From Acidobacteriota bacterium (GTDB lineage: Bacteria; Acidobacteriota; Thermoanaerobaculia; Gp7-AA8), in assembly GCA_019244185.1 (NCBI GenBank), contig JAFATB010000006.1, positions 448,001 through 512,000 on the forward strand: a stretch of DNA of 64,000 nucleotides, written 5' to 3'. Shown here piece by piece: positions 1 through 9,140 of the stretch. Made by a program: the position numbers and the translations under genes. The number at the start of each line of letters is the position of its first letter. Positions within the stretch are counted from its first letter, which is position 1. The notes beneath the pieces are model-generated. The model made no database searches. It was given only the letters and a program-made list of their open reading frames with translations, and was not told the DNA's origin.

Positions 1-73
1 TCTCGATCGAACTTCCGTCCCCTACCTCCCCCAACACGGCCGTCCGCGATGCGTTCGCGGGCGGCAGTCAACT

Positions 74-226
74 TCAGCGAAACAGCGTGGACGCCACGCG
101 CGGCGAGGGGGTCTGAGGCACGGTCGACTTGACCTTCACCGTCACCTGGTAATCGCGAATCTGCAGCGATACCGAACGGACGGGGGAGTGGTTCCCAGGA
201 CGAGTCGTATGCTTCAAATCCTTCAT
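74..226 (-). CDS. Small hypothetical protein (50 aa, MKDLKHTTRPGNHS...)
   Basis: Read manually. ATG at 226 follows a strong SD (GAGGGAGG), stop TGA at 74-76, and a sigma70-like promoter lies upstream. Confidence 0.45.
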   Translation of the reverse strand: MKDLKHTTRPGNHSPVRSVSLQIRDYQVTVKVKSTVPQTPSPRVASTLFR

Positions 227-264
227 CGATCCTCCCTCACTTCGCGTTGTTTTGATGTGCCCTC

Positions 265-293
265 AAGCTACGCCCGCACCTTCGGGATGTCAA
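265..293 (-). promoter_or_regulatory. sigma70-type promoter TTGACA-N17-TAGCTT
   Basis: -35 at 293-288, -10 at 270-265, 17-nt spacer. Confidence 0.55.
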
Positions 294-301
294 GCATCAG
301 A

Positions 302-317
302 CCACAACATATTGTGG
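302..317. promoter_or_regulatory. NrdR-box-like palindrome CCACAACATATTGTGG
   Basis: Fits the NrdR box consensus acaCwAtATaTwGtg. It sits just upstream of the -35 above. Confidence 0.55.
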
Positions 318-436
318 TCGCGTTTGCTTCCGCGCCTATATCGTGTAGATAGAGCGACTTACGCGAGAGGTCGCAGAATGTCTCTAAGCTTCATTTCCGC
401 CGCCGTTCCACCGGAATTCCGCGAGTTCCCGACAGC

Positions 437-641
437 TTTTCCGCAGGCTTTTGCACAGCGATTCTGCGCGGATTTCCTCACGAAATCAGGCTCTTCTCCG
501 CATGCTTTGCACGCGTTCTTCACGCACTTTTTCACCATGCGCGGAGGCGCCGGTTTTCAGCAGGATTCCCGCAGCCGGTCAGCGGGCGCGGCTGCAGAAA
601 AAAGGGCGAAAAGCAAGCGGCAGCCACGCATCTGCGGAAAA
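437..641. promoter_or_regulatory. Cluster of degenerate DnaA-box-like 9-mers
   Basis: TTTTCCGCA 437, TTTTGCACA 449 (fits TTWTNCACA), TTCTCCGCA 494, TTCTTCACG 516, TTTTTCACC 528. Reverse copies TGCAGAAAA 593 and TGCGGAAAA 633. Confidence 0.35.
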
Positions 642-701
642 CCGGAAGGACGGGCGGAAGGCCACTACTAATGGGGGTCGGAGGCGGGGGTGCACACAGA
701 A

Positions 702-717
702 TGTGGCACGTGGAACA
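702..717. promoter_or_regulatory. parS-like site TGTGGCACGTGGAACA
   Basis: 14/16 match to the palindromic parS TGTTCCACGTGGAACA. Confidence 0.35.
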
Positions 718-729
718 CTTTTCCTCCTG

Positions 730-1767
730 TCAATAGCTTTCTGTGGCTCCGCCGCCTCCGAAGCCGCCGCCGTCCTGCGGACGCACCGGCGCCGAGCTAC
801 CGTCCGCCGGCGCCGGCTGCGCCTGATGCGCGTGCTCCGCGGCGGCCAGCGCGCTGGCGACTTCGATCAGCTCGTCCGCGCCGGTGAGCTTCGCCGGCGT
901 CACGACGAACCCGCGCGTGCGGCCGTGCAGCGCGCGCGACACCAAGTACGAGGCGAGGAGCAGAAAGGCGCCGCTCACCGCGAGCTTCAGCTCGAGCGGC
1001 GCGGGAAACTCGGGCGAGAGCTTGATGCCGGCGATCACGAAGCCGATGCCGCTCGCGACGAACATCGCGTGATGCCGCTTCACCAGTGCCGCAGCGAGGC
1101 AAATCACGGCGAACGCGCCGTACAGCAGGATCGTCACGCGACGCCACTCCTCGCCCGCGTTGAACACGCCCACCACCGGCATCGCCACGAGGATGAAGAT
1201 CCAGAGCCACTCCGTCGACGGCCGTTGCCACGTGCGCATCAACAACGCGAGCGCCGCGAGCGCGAGCACGAGCGCGCAGACGACGCCGAGATCGAAACGC
1301 TTTTCACCGTACTGCGCGACGAAACCCGCCGCGAGCGCGCCGAACAGCGGATTGCGCAGGCGCGCGCCCACCACCGCCGCTCCCGCCGCGAGCACGAGCA
1401 TCGCCTCGGGTGTCCCGCTGTGCGGCAGCGTCGAGATGAGCGCGCCGACACCGCCGAGCCACAGCGCCGCCTCGACGCCGGTCCGCCACCAACGCGGTCC
1501 GCGGATGAGCAGCTCCGCGAGCGTCAGCGCGCCGGCGCCGACCACGAACCCGGCAGGCCGCTCGCCGCCGAACAGAAAGTACAGAGCGAGGAGTCCGATC
1601 GCGGTGAGCACGAAGAACACCGCCTGCACGAGAACGTTGTAGCTGCGCCACGGTGTCGCGAGCTCGGCGCGCAACGCCTGTGCGGTCGCCGCGTCGACGC
1701 GCTTCTCGTCCTGCCACGCGAGAAGGCTCGCGCGCAGCGACTCGTTGCGTTCTTCGCGCGCGTTCAT
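730..1767 (-). CDS. Polytopic membrane protein (partner of the DUF2157-like gene)
   Basis: Many TM helices. Start MNAREERN at 1767 overlaps the upstream stop (ATGA). Confidence 0.75.
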   Translation of the reverse strand: MNAREERNESLRASLLAWQDEKRVDAATAQALRAELATPWRSYNVLVQAVFFVLTAIGLLALYFLFGGERPAGFVVGAGALTLAELLIRGPRWWRTGVEAALWLGGVGALISTLPHSGTPEAMLVLAAGAAVVGARLRNPLFGALAAGFVAQYGEKRFDLGVVCALVLALAALALLMRTWQRPSTEWLWIFILVAMPVVGVFNAGEEWRRVTILLYGAFAVICLAAALVKRHHAMFVASGIGFVIAGIKLSPEFPAPLELKLAVSGAFLLLASYLVSRALHGRTRGFVVTPAKLTGADELIEVASALAAAEHAHQAQPAPADGSSAPVRPQDGGGFGGGGATESY

Positions 1768-2690
1768 GCGAAGCGCTCCCGGAATCGCGCGTGAATCACG
1801 AAGAGCGCGACGATGGACGCGATCGTCGAGACCACGATGACGAAGAAGATGGAGGTCTCGTCGTGAAGGTTCGACACGAGCAGCACGTCGGCCGCGACGA
1901 CGGCGTAGAGGAACGCGTAGAGCACGAACGACTCGCGTTGCGCGCGAATGCCCCACGCGATCACCGCGGCCGCGCAGCCGAGCGTCAGCAGACAACCGAG
2001 CGTGCGCGTGTCGTTTTCGAACACGAGCGAGAACGCGCCCGAGAGCGCGACCAGCGCCGCGGCGTGTTCGAAGATCCGTGAGAACTCGGGCGGCTGTTTA
2101 TGCCAGCGGCGATCGAGCGCGCGCCAGACGAGCAGCGCCAACGCGCAGATGAACGCGTGCACGGCGAGGCCGCCGCTCGTGAAGTCGAGGTCGAACATGC
2201 GCGGCTGACGCACGCCGAGCCACGCCGCGAACGCGCTCACGGAAAGCGACAACACCATGCGCGAGCCGTACGCGTACGCGACGATGCCGTGCACGATCGC
2301 GAGCAGGAGGAAGTAGAAGGCGCGCCGTTCGCCGAGGAGATGGAACTGCGACTCGATAAACGCGACGTCGGCGCTGACGATGAGCGCGCCGAGGAGCAGG
2401 ACGTAGTCGTCGACGAGCGAGGCGCGCGCGCGGCGCGACCACACCCACGCGTAACACACCAGCGCGGCCACGGCCATCAGCGACACCAGCGCCACAGGGC
2501 CGATGCGATCGAGGTTGTCCTTGAGGACGATGCCGGCGGCGGTCGCGAGGAGCGTTGCGCCTGCCCACGCGCAGATCCGCAATTCCGGATAAATCGAGAA
2601 AATCTCGCGCCGCTCGCGCGCGATCAGCAGGTCCGTGACGGCGCCGAGCCGCGGACGCAGCGCCTCGAGCTCCGGTTCGAAGGAAAGCAT
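1764..2690 (-). CDS. DUF2157-like membrane protein
   Basis: 308 aa, hydrophobic. The FSIYPELR..W.G..LLATA.GI segment is typical of DUF2157 proteins. Confidence 0.7.
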   Translation of the reverse strand: MLSFEPELEALRPRLGAVTDLLIARERREIFSIYPELRICAWAGATLLATAAGIVLKDNLDRIGPVALVSLMAVAALVCYAWVWSRRARASLVDDYVLLLGALIVSADVAFIESQFHLLGERRAFYFLLLAIVHGIVAYAYGSRMVLSLSVSAFAAWLGVRQPRMFDLDFTSGGLAVHAFICALALLVWRALDRRWHKQPPEFSRIFEHAAALVALSGAFSLVFENDTRTLGCLLTLGCAAAVIAWGIRAQRESFVLYAFLYAVVAADVLLVSNLHDETSIFFVIVVSTIASIVALFVIHARFRERFA

Positions 2691-2745
2691 GCGTCATGGT
2701 GCGCGCACGAGCTCGGCAGCGCAAGGATGCGTCAGAATCCGCGGC

Positions 2746-4176
2746 GTGCCACGCCACGTTGTCGAACGAGCGATCCTCGCCGCGCTCCTCGCGCTGCTCG
2801 CGTTCCTGCTGCTTTTCCGCATGGGCACGCTCGGCTTTACGTGGGATGAAGGCGGCGATCTCACGACGGTGCAGTGCCTGAAAGACACGCGCAATCCGTT
2901 CGCGTGCACGGGCGACATCTCGCAGACGCGGCTTCCCTTCTATGTGCATGCGCTGGCCGGCTCGTTGATGTCCGGCACGCGTCCGCACTTTCTGGTGAGC
3001 TTCCTCTTCAGCGCATTGACGCTGACCTGCGTCTATCAATTCGCGCTGCGCCGCTTCGGCCTCGGCATCGCGACGCTCGCCGGCGCGCTCTACGTCACGT
3101 CACCGCAGCTACTCGCGTCGGGACGGATGGTCGTGTCGCACTCGAACATCCTCTGCACGTTCTTCACGACCGTCGCGTTCCTCGCGGTCGTGCAGCTCAC
3201 GGAAACGCGACGCGTCCGCTGGCTCGTCGTCTGCGCGCTCGCGTGCGGCGCGGCCGCGGCGTGTTCGATCGTGGCGGTGTTCAACGCGCCGGCATTGCTC
3301 GCGATCTACCTCGCCGGCCGGCGCACGTCGTGGAAAGACCTGCTCTTCTTCCCTGTCGCCGCCGCGACCTTCTTCGCGACGACGATCGTCTATCTGCAGC
3401 CGTCGCTTTTTCGCGCCCTCATCGACGCCTGCCGCGAGCCAAACTTCTACAAATTCTGGAACTACCTCGGCATGGGTCCATACGCGCCGTGGTACTTCCC
3501 GCTGGTCATCCTCGTGATCAAGGTGGGCACGTGGTGGTTGCTGCTCGCCGCGCTCTGCGGACGCCACGTCCCGCGCTGGCTCCTCGCACTTGGCATCGCG
3601 TTCCTCGGCACGCTCGTGCTCAAAGGCGCGCTGTTCCACTACGACGCGCCGCACCATCAGGTGCAGTTCTATCCGCTGCTGTATCTCTTCATCGCCGTAG
3701 CCATCGGCGACACACTGCGACGCCGGCCGCGCGTCGCGGGCATCGCGGTCGCCGCCGCGTTCGTCGTGCAGCTCTACGGCGTCATCCAATTCTTTCCGAA
3801 TTACCTCTTCTACGGCGCGCAGTACGGCGACCGTTTCATCGGAGAGTTCTACGGACCGGCGGTGATCCACGGTCAGGACCGCGACCATACGTGGCAGACG
3901 ATCGACGCGATCCTCGCGCGCGAGCCGGACGCGAAGTTCCTCGTCGCCGACAACAACATCTTCGAGCGCAGCGGTCCGTCGTACGTGCCGTTCACCCAAC
4001 GCGATCCGCACGCGCGGTACGAGTACGCGCTCGTCGACCGGCTGTACGCGAAGCACTTCGACGCGTTTCCGGAGCGCGACGCATACAACGCGTATCTCGC
4101 CGCGCACTACGCGCCGATCGACACGCGCGTCTGGCCGCCGGGCGTCTGGATGTATCGCGTGTTGAAGCTCAGATGA
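2746..4176 (+). CDS. GT-C membrane glycosyltransferase (ArnT/PMT-like, GT39/83)
   Basis: N-terminal TM helix followed by the TWDE motif, multiple TM helices and a soluble C-terminal domain. GTG start is inferred. Confidence 0.7.
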   Translation: MPRHVVERAILAALLALLAFLLLFRMGTLGFTWDEGGDLTTVQCLKDTRNPFACTGDISQTRLPFYVHALAGSLMSGTRPHFLVSFLFSALTLTCVYQFALRRFGLGIATLAGALYVTSPQLLASGRMVVSHSNILCTFFTTVAFLAVVQLTETRRVRWLVVCALACGAAAACSIVAVFNAPALLAIYLAGRRTSWKDLLFFPVAAATFFATTIVYLQPSLFRALIDACREPNFYKFWNYLGMGPYAPWYFPLVILVIKVGTWWLLLAALCGRHVPRWLLALGIAFLGTLVLKGALFHYDAPHHQVQFYPLLYLFIAVAIGDTLRRRPRVAGIAVAAAFVVQLYGVIQFFPNYLFYGAQYGDRFIGEFYGPAVIHGQDRDHTWQTIDAILAREPDAKFLVADNNIFERSGPSYVPFTQRDPHARYEYALVDRLYAKHFDAFPERDAYNAYLAAHYAPIDTRVWPPGVWMYRVLKLR

Positions 4177-5122
4177 GATACGCGGCGGCGAAGCCGATCT
4201 GCGCGGCCATCATCATCAGGTACATGTGCCGCCACGACGGATGGTTCTCCGTCGACGTGAGCTCGTCGGGATTCCGCACGATCAGCCAGACCGTGTAGGC
4301 GCCCCAGAGCGCGAGCACGATGCCCAGCACCGAAAGGAACGTCGCGTTGCCGGTGAGCACGCCCGTGCGCGCGCCGATCGGCATGAGCAGCCACGGGAAG
4401 ATGAAGAACGGCGCGATCATCCACGCGGCACGCTTCACGCCGAACGCGATCGGCAGCGTGCGGCAGCCGCCGGCGCGATCGCCTTCGATGTCGCTGAAGT
4501 CTTTCGTCGAGGCGGCGCCGAGGAGGAAGAGCATGAAGATCGAGCCGATGTACCAGGGCTCGGCGAACGTCGCGCGGGCAACCATCGTCCAGCCGGCGAC
4601 TTTCAGCAGGCAGCCGCGCGGAATGGCGATCGTCAGATTCGCGCCGAGCGGATGCGCCTTCGTGCGGCCGAGCGCGGGCACCGAATAGACGAACGTCGAC
4701 ACGAGCGCGATCAGATAGATGAAGAAGCATTCGTGATAGCGCAGCGGCGCGAAGAGCTTCTGCGTCCACGTGGTGAACGGATGCACGACCACGAGCCACG
4801 TCGGGATCGTGCCGAGCGCGTAGAAGATCCAGGTGTAGATCCACGCCTCACGGATCGACACCTCGCCCGTCACGATCGGACGGCTCGGCTTGTTGATGCG
4901 ATCGATCTCGAGGTCGTAGATCTGGTTGAGCGTGTTGTTCGCGGCGTTCAAAAACGCGGCGCAGATGGAGCCCAGCGCGACGGTGAGAATGACGGAGCTC
5001 GTCAGCGTGCGCGTCGGATCGGGGTTGTGCGCGGAGCCCCACGCGCAGATCGCGCCCGAGATGATGCCGAGGAGCGGCGGGAGGAGGGTGAACGGCCGGG
5101 CGAGGGTGACGAAGCGTTTCAC
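4169..5122 (-). CDS. UbiA-superfamily prenyltransferase (DGGGPS/ChlG/HPT-like motifs)
   Basis: Asp-rich motifs NQIYDLEIDRINKPSRP and KDFSDIEGD, with multiple TM helices. Confidence 0.85.
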   Translation of the reverse strand: MKRFVTLARPFTLLPPLLGIISGAICAWGSAHNPDPTRTLTSSVILTVALGSICAAFLNAANNTLNQIYDLEIDRINKPSRPIVTGEVSIREAWIYTWIFYALGTIPTWLVVVHPFTTWTQKLFAPLRYHECFFIYLIALVSTFVYSVPALGRTKAHPLGANLTIAIPRGCLLKVAGWTMVARATFAEPWYIGSIFMLFLLGAASTKDFSDIEGDRAGGCRTLPIAFGVKRAAWMIAPFFIFPWLLMPIGARTGVLTGNATFLSVLGIVLALWGAYTVWLIVRNPDELTSTENHPSWRHMYLMMMAAQIGFAAAYLI

Positions 5123-5213
5123 GCGCGCGTAGTGTCGCGGTTCGGGCCGCCTGACGCAACCGGCCGGCGCAGCCGGGCGCGCGCAAACGCGCGGGCCGTA
5201 TTAGACTGCCGCC

Positions 5214-6029
5214 GTGTCACGGAAGCCTCTCTTTGAAAACGAGGACGCCGACTACGGCGACTCATCCCGCAACATGAGCGAAAGCAAAATTGCCCTGTTC
5301 GTCGACTTCGAGAACATCGCCATCGGTGTGATGGACGCGAAGTACAAGAAGTTCGAGGCCAGCCTTCTCCTCGAGCGCCTGCTCGAGAAAGGGAAGATCG
5401 TGGTCAAGCGCGCGTACTGCGACTGGGACAAGTTCCCGGACTACAAACGCGAGCTCCACGAGGCGGCCATCGAGCTGATCGAGATCCCGGGACGCGGCTA
5501 CTCGGGCAAGAACTCCGCCGACATCCGCATGGCCGTCGATGCGATGGACATGTGCTGGTCGAAGGAGCACATCGATCTCTTCGTGATCGCTTCGGGCGAC
5601 TCGGACTTTTCGCCGCTGGTGTCGAAGCTGAAAGAGAACGACAAGTACGTCATCGGCTGCGGCGTGAAGAATTCGTCGAGCGATCTGCTGATCGACAACT
5701 GCGACGAGTTCATCTTCTACGAGGATCTCGTGCGCGGCGTGCAGAAGGCGCCCGCGGTGGCGTTTCAGGACAAGAAGAAGGCCGAGGTGTTCAAGCTGCT
5801 CATCGACTCCATCAAGGCGCTCATGCGCGAGAACAAGGAGATTCTCTGGGGCTCGATGGTGAAGCAGACGATGCAGCGCAAGAAGCCGACGTTCAACGAG
5901 GAGTACTACGGGTACAACACGTTCAGCGATCTGCTCGAGGACGCGCAGACGAACAACATCATCAAGATCAAGAAGGATCTGAAGTCGGGGTCGTATGTGA
6001 TCACGGGCTTTGCGCAGCCCGCGGCCTGA
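5214..6029 (+). CDS. NYN (LabA/DUF88) PIN-like nuclease with C-terminal OST-HTH/LOTUS domain
   Basis: LFVDFEN, GKNSADIRMAVD and SGDSDF motifs, C-terminal YYGYNTFSDLL. Alternative ATG start at 5274. Confidence 0.9.
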   Translation: MSRKPLFENEDADYGDSSRNMSESKIALFVDFENIAIGVMDAKYKKFEASLLLERLLEKGKIVVKRAYCDWDKFPDYKRELHEAAIELIEIPGRGYSGKNSADIRMAVDAMDMCWSKEHIDLFVIASGDSDFSPLVSKLKENDKYVIGCGVKNSSSDLLIDNCDEFIFYEDLVRGVQKAPAVAFQDKKKAEVFKLLIDSIKALMRENKEILWGSMVKQTMQRKKPTFNEEYYGYNTFSDLLEDAQTNNIIKIKKDLKSGSYVITGFAQPAA

Positions 6030-6037
6030 AGAGACGT

Positions 6038-6116
6038 GACCGGGAGCGCCTCCGGCGGGCCGGCGCGGCCGGCTGCGCTTAGGGCCTAGCCTATTCGCAC
6101 GTGCGGTTGGCCTGAA
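6038..6116 (+). repeat. 79-bp intergenic element, copy 1 (upstream of nadB)
   Basis: 76/79 identical to 39647-39725. Confidence 0.9.
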
Positions 6117-6143
6117 CGTCGTAGAATGCGCGCCGCGCGTTTA

Positions 6144-7799
6144 ATGACGACTCTTCCGCATCGCGGGCACGTTCCTGTTCTCGTCATCGGCACCGGCATC
6201 GCGGGGCTCACGGCGGCGTTCACGCTCGCGAGCGCGGGCATCAAGGTGCTACTCGTCACGAAAGCGGCGGATCCGGCGGACTGCAATACCGCGTGGGCGC
6301 AGGGCGGGATCATCTATCAGGGTGAGAACGACTCCGCGGAGAAGCTCGTCAGCGACGTCATTCGCGCGGGCGCGGGCATCTCGAATCTCGAGGCGGTGCA
6401 CTTTCTGGCGGAGGAAGGCCCGCGCGTCGTCGAGAAGGTGCTGCTCAATGAGATGCACGTGCCGTTCTCCACGACGCACGAGGGAGAGCTCGACCTCACG
6501 CAGGAAGGCGCGCATTCGGTCTCGCGCATCATCCACGCGGGCGATGCGACGGGACGCGCGATCGAGACTTCGCTGCTGAATCGCGTGAAGGGCGAGCCGA
6601 ACATCACGCTCGCCACGGAAGTCACGGCGATCGATCTCCTCACGACGCAGCACCATCCGCAGGACATCCAGGTGCGCTACCGGCTGACGAACGAATGCGT
6701 CGGCGCGTACCTGCTCGACAACCGCACGAACGACGTCTACACCGTCTTCGCCGATTACACGATCCTCGCGACGGGCGGCGTCGGCCAGATCTATCTGCAC
6801 ACGACGAACACGCGCAGCTCGCTGGGCGACGGCGTCGTGATGGCGAGCCGCGCGGGCGCGAAGATCTTCAACGCGGAGTACGTGCAGTTCCATCCGACCG
6901 CGCTCGCGGACAAGAAGGCCAATCACTTTCTCATCTCCGAGGCGTTGCGCGGGGAGGGAGCGAGGCTGCGGAATCAGCGGGGCGAGTACTTCATGGAGCG
7001 GTACGCGCCGGAGCTGAAGGACCTCGCGCCGCGCGACGTCGTGGCGCGCGCGATCGTCGAGGAGATGACGCACAACAAAGAGGAGTTCGTGTGGCTCGAC
7101 CTCGCGAACTTCTACAACGGACGCGAGCCGATCGCCGAGCGCTTCCCGAACATCCGCGCCGCGTGCGCGGAGATGGGCGTCGACATCGAGCGCGATCCGA
7201 TTCCGGTCGTGCCGGCGGCGCATTACTTCTGCGGCGGCGTGCTCGTGAACACGCGCGGCGAGACGACGCTCAGCCGGCTGTACGCGATCGGCGAGACCTC
7301 GTGCTCGGGGTTGCACGGCGCGAACCGTCTCGCCTCGACGTCGCTCCTCGAAGGCGTGACGTGGGGCTACTTCGCGGCGGAGTCGATTCGCGAGAAGCTG
7401 ACATCTCCCGCGGCGACGGCTTCGCCCGCGGTGCGGCGCGCGTTCTCGTCGCTGCCGCCGGGCACGGGCTCCGTGCACGACAGCATCTTCGCGTCGATTC
7501 CGGACTGGCTGCCGCCGGGCAAAGAGAACCTCGAGGATCCCGCGCTGATCCTGCAGGACTGGACGACGATCCAGCACACGATGTGGAACTACGTCGGCAT
7601 CGTGCGCACATACGAGCGGCTCAAGCGCGCGGTGGCCGACATGCGCCAGCTCGGCAACCGCCTCACGAAGTACTACCACGAGTCGACGATCAGCAAATCG
7701 ATCGTCGAGCTCTTTCACGGCCAGCAGATGGCGGCCATCGTCGCGTCGGCGGCGATCCGCAATCCGCGCTCGATCGGCGCGCACTTCCGCGCGGACTGA
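6144..7799 (+). CDS. nadB: L-aspartate oxidase
   Basis: GTGIAGL FAD motif, WAQGGI, EGAHS, QFHPT, APRDVVAR, AHYFCGG, GLHGANRLASTSLLEG. Confidence 0.95.
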   Translation: MTTLPHRGHVPVLVIGTGIAGLTAAFTLASAGIKVLLVTKAADPADCNTAWAQGGIIYQGENDSAEKLVSDVIRAGAGISNLEAVHFLAEEGPRVVEKVLLNEMHVPFSTTHEGELDLTQEGAHSVSRIIHAGDATGRAIETSLLNRVKGEPNITLATEVTAIDLLTTQHHPQDIQVRYRLTNECVGAYLLDNRTNDVYTVFADYTILATGGVGQIYLHTTNTRSSLGDGVVMASRAGAKIFNAEYVQFHPTALADKKANHFLISEALRGEGARLRNQRGEYFMERYAPELKDLAPRDVVARAIVEEMTHNKEEFVWLDLANFYNGREPIAERFPNIRAACAEMGVDIERDPIPVVPAAHYFCGGVLVNTRGETTLSRLYAIGETSCSGLHGANRLASTSLLEGVTWGYFAAESIREKLTSPAATASPAVRRAFSSLPPGTGSVHDSIFASIPDWLPPGKENLEDPALILQDWTTIQHTMWNYVGIVRTYERLKRAVADMRQLGNRLTKYYHESTISKSIVELFHGQQMAAIVASAAIRNPRSIGAHFRAD

Positions 7800-7816
7800 A
7801 CGGAGCGCGCGCGTCG

Positions 7817-8410
7817 ATGAAACTGCAACTCGGCTGCGGCCCGCTCGCGTTGCCGGGGTGGATCAACATCGACAACCAGCCGTACGACGGCGTCGACCGC
7901 GTGCTCGACGTCACGCAGGAGCTGCCGTACGACGATGTGCGCTTCATCTTCGCCGAGCACTTCATCGAGCATCTCGCGCTCGACGATGCGACCGCGTTGC
8001 TGCGCGACTGCCGCCGCGCGCTCGCGCACGACGGCGTGCTGCGGCTGTCGACGCCGAACCTCGACTGGGTCTGGGCGTCGCACTACAAACGCGTGATGAC
8101 GCCGCAGGAGGCGGTGCTCGCGTGCTTCGCCATCAACCGCGCGTTCCGCGGCTGGGGACATCAGTTCCTCTACAACGAGACGACGCTCACGTCGCTCTTG
8201 CGCGACGCAGGGTTCGCGCGCGTCGTGCGTTGCGAGTACGGCGCGAGCGAGCACGAGGAACTGCGCGGACTCGAGCGGCATGAATGGCAGCCCGATTTCG
8301 ACGGCCTGCCGCACATCCTGATCCTCGAGGCGTCGGGACGCGGCGGCTCCGCACCGGAGTATCTCGAAGAGCCGCGGGCGATGTTCCGCCGCGATGCGGC
8401 CGCGAAATGA
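7817..8410 (+). CDS. Class I SAM-dependent methyltransferase (paralog A)
   Basis: LQLGCG, GWINID, AEHFIEHL, L..DGVLRLSTP. Confidence 0.85.
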   Translation: MKLQLGCGPLALPGWINIDNQPYDGVDRVLDVTQELPYDDVRFIFAEHFIEHLALDDATALLRDCRRALAHDGVLRLSTPNLDWVWASHYKRVMTPQEAVLACFAINRAFRGWGHQFLYNETTLTSLLRDAGFARVVRCEYGASEHEELRGLERHEWQPDFDGLPHILILEASGRGGSAPEYLEEPRAMFRRDAAAK

Positions 8411-8453
8411 TCCCGCCCAGGGGTCATTGGCGCGCTGAGGCCGCGGATCGTCG

Positions 8454-8936
8454 CTATCGGTCCGCGAACGACACTTCGACGAAGCTGTCGATCGGGACAA
8501 CGCTCGCCTCGCCCTTCGCGAGACGCGTCGAGACCTGTTTGTCGTCGACGCCCGTCGCGAGCAGCGTGCAGTCCGCGCGCAGACACCGCACCCTGAGAGT
8601 CCGTTCGTCGACCACGGTCAAGCCGACGTCGGCAGTCTGCCCGGAGGCCGCGACTCCTTTGGTGTCGAGTTTGTGCTCCGCATCCGGCTTGTCGCCGACC
8701 TGGCTGAGCATCAGCCACGTCCAGTGCGTGCCGCTGGTCTGATCGAGGAGCAGCACGCGATCGTTCGCGGCGCGGCGAAGCTGCTCGTCGGTGAGTTTCA
8801 TTTCGTCGAATTTCGGATTGGCGAGGAGCGCGGTGCGGCCGTCGGTGAGCTTGACGTGAAAACGAATCACGCTCTGGGCGCTGGCCGAGCCGACGAGCAT
8901 CAGCAACGCGAGAAGGGTCGAAAGCCGATTGCGCAT
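8454..8936 (-). CDS. Secreted hypothetical protein
   Basis: Signal peptide MRNRLSTLLALLMLVGSASAQ. Confidence 0.65.
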   Translation of the reverse strand: MRNRLSTLLALLMLVGSASAQSVIRFHVKLTDGRTALLANPKFDEMKLTDEQLRRAANDRVLLLDQTSGTHWTWLMLSQVGDKPDAEHKLDTKGVAASGQTADVGLTVVDERTLRVRCLRADCTLLATGVDDKQVSTRLAKGEASVVPIDSFVEVSFADR

Positions 8937-9140
8937 GAATCTCTCCAGCCTTTCGGACGAGCGCCTTCGCCACTCGCCCCTCGAAATCTCATCGTTGGGA
9001 CGGCCGCGCGTCACGTTGGTTTCGGCCGATCCGGATGGAAAGACTCGTCACGTCGACGAGCGGCCGCAAAATAACTCTTGTCGGATCCCGCCTCGTACCT
9101 TATGGTGTAACACCATAAAACCAAGCTGGAGGTCTGTTAG

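Noticed and set aside
451-1794. Long overlapping ORFs in the track (e.g. 451-1794, 10387-12123, 23309-25744, 56365-58716)
   Set aside because: They are Arg/Ala-rich shadow frames of real genes, expected at high GC, with no recognisable motifs.
5214-6029. NYN nuclease as a defence system
   Set aside because: Stand-alone NYN-LOTUS genes are widespread, and it has no defence-type neighbours.
7400-7480. Ala/Pro/Ser-rich insert in NadB as a palindromic insertion or intein
   Set aside because: Only about 25 aa, no intein motifs, weak hairpin and no second copy seen. It is probably a variable linker.
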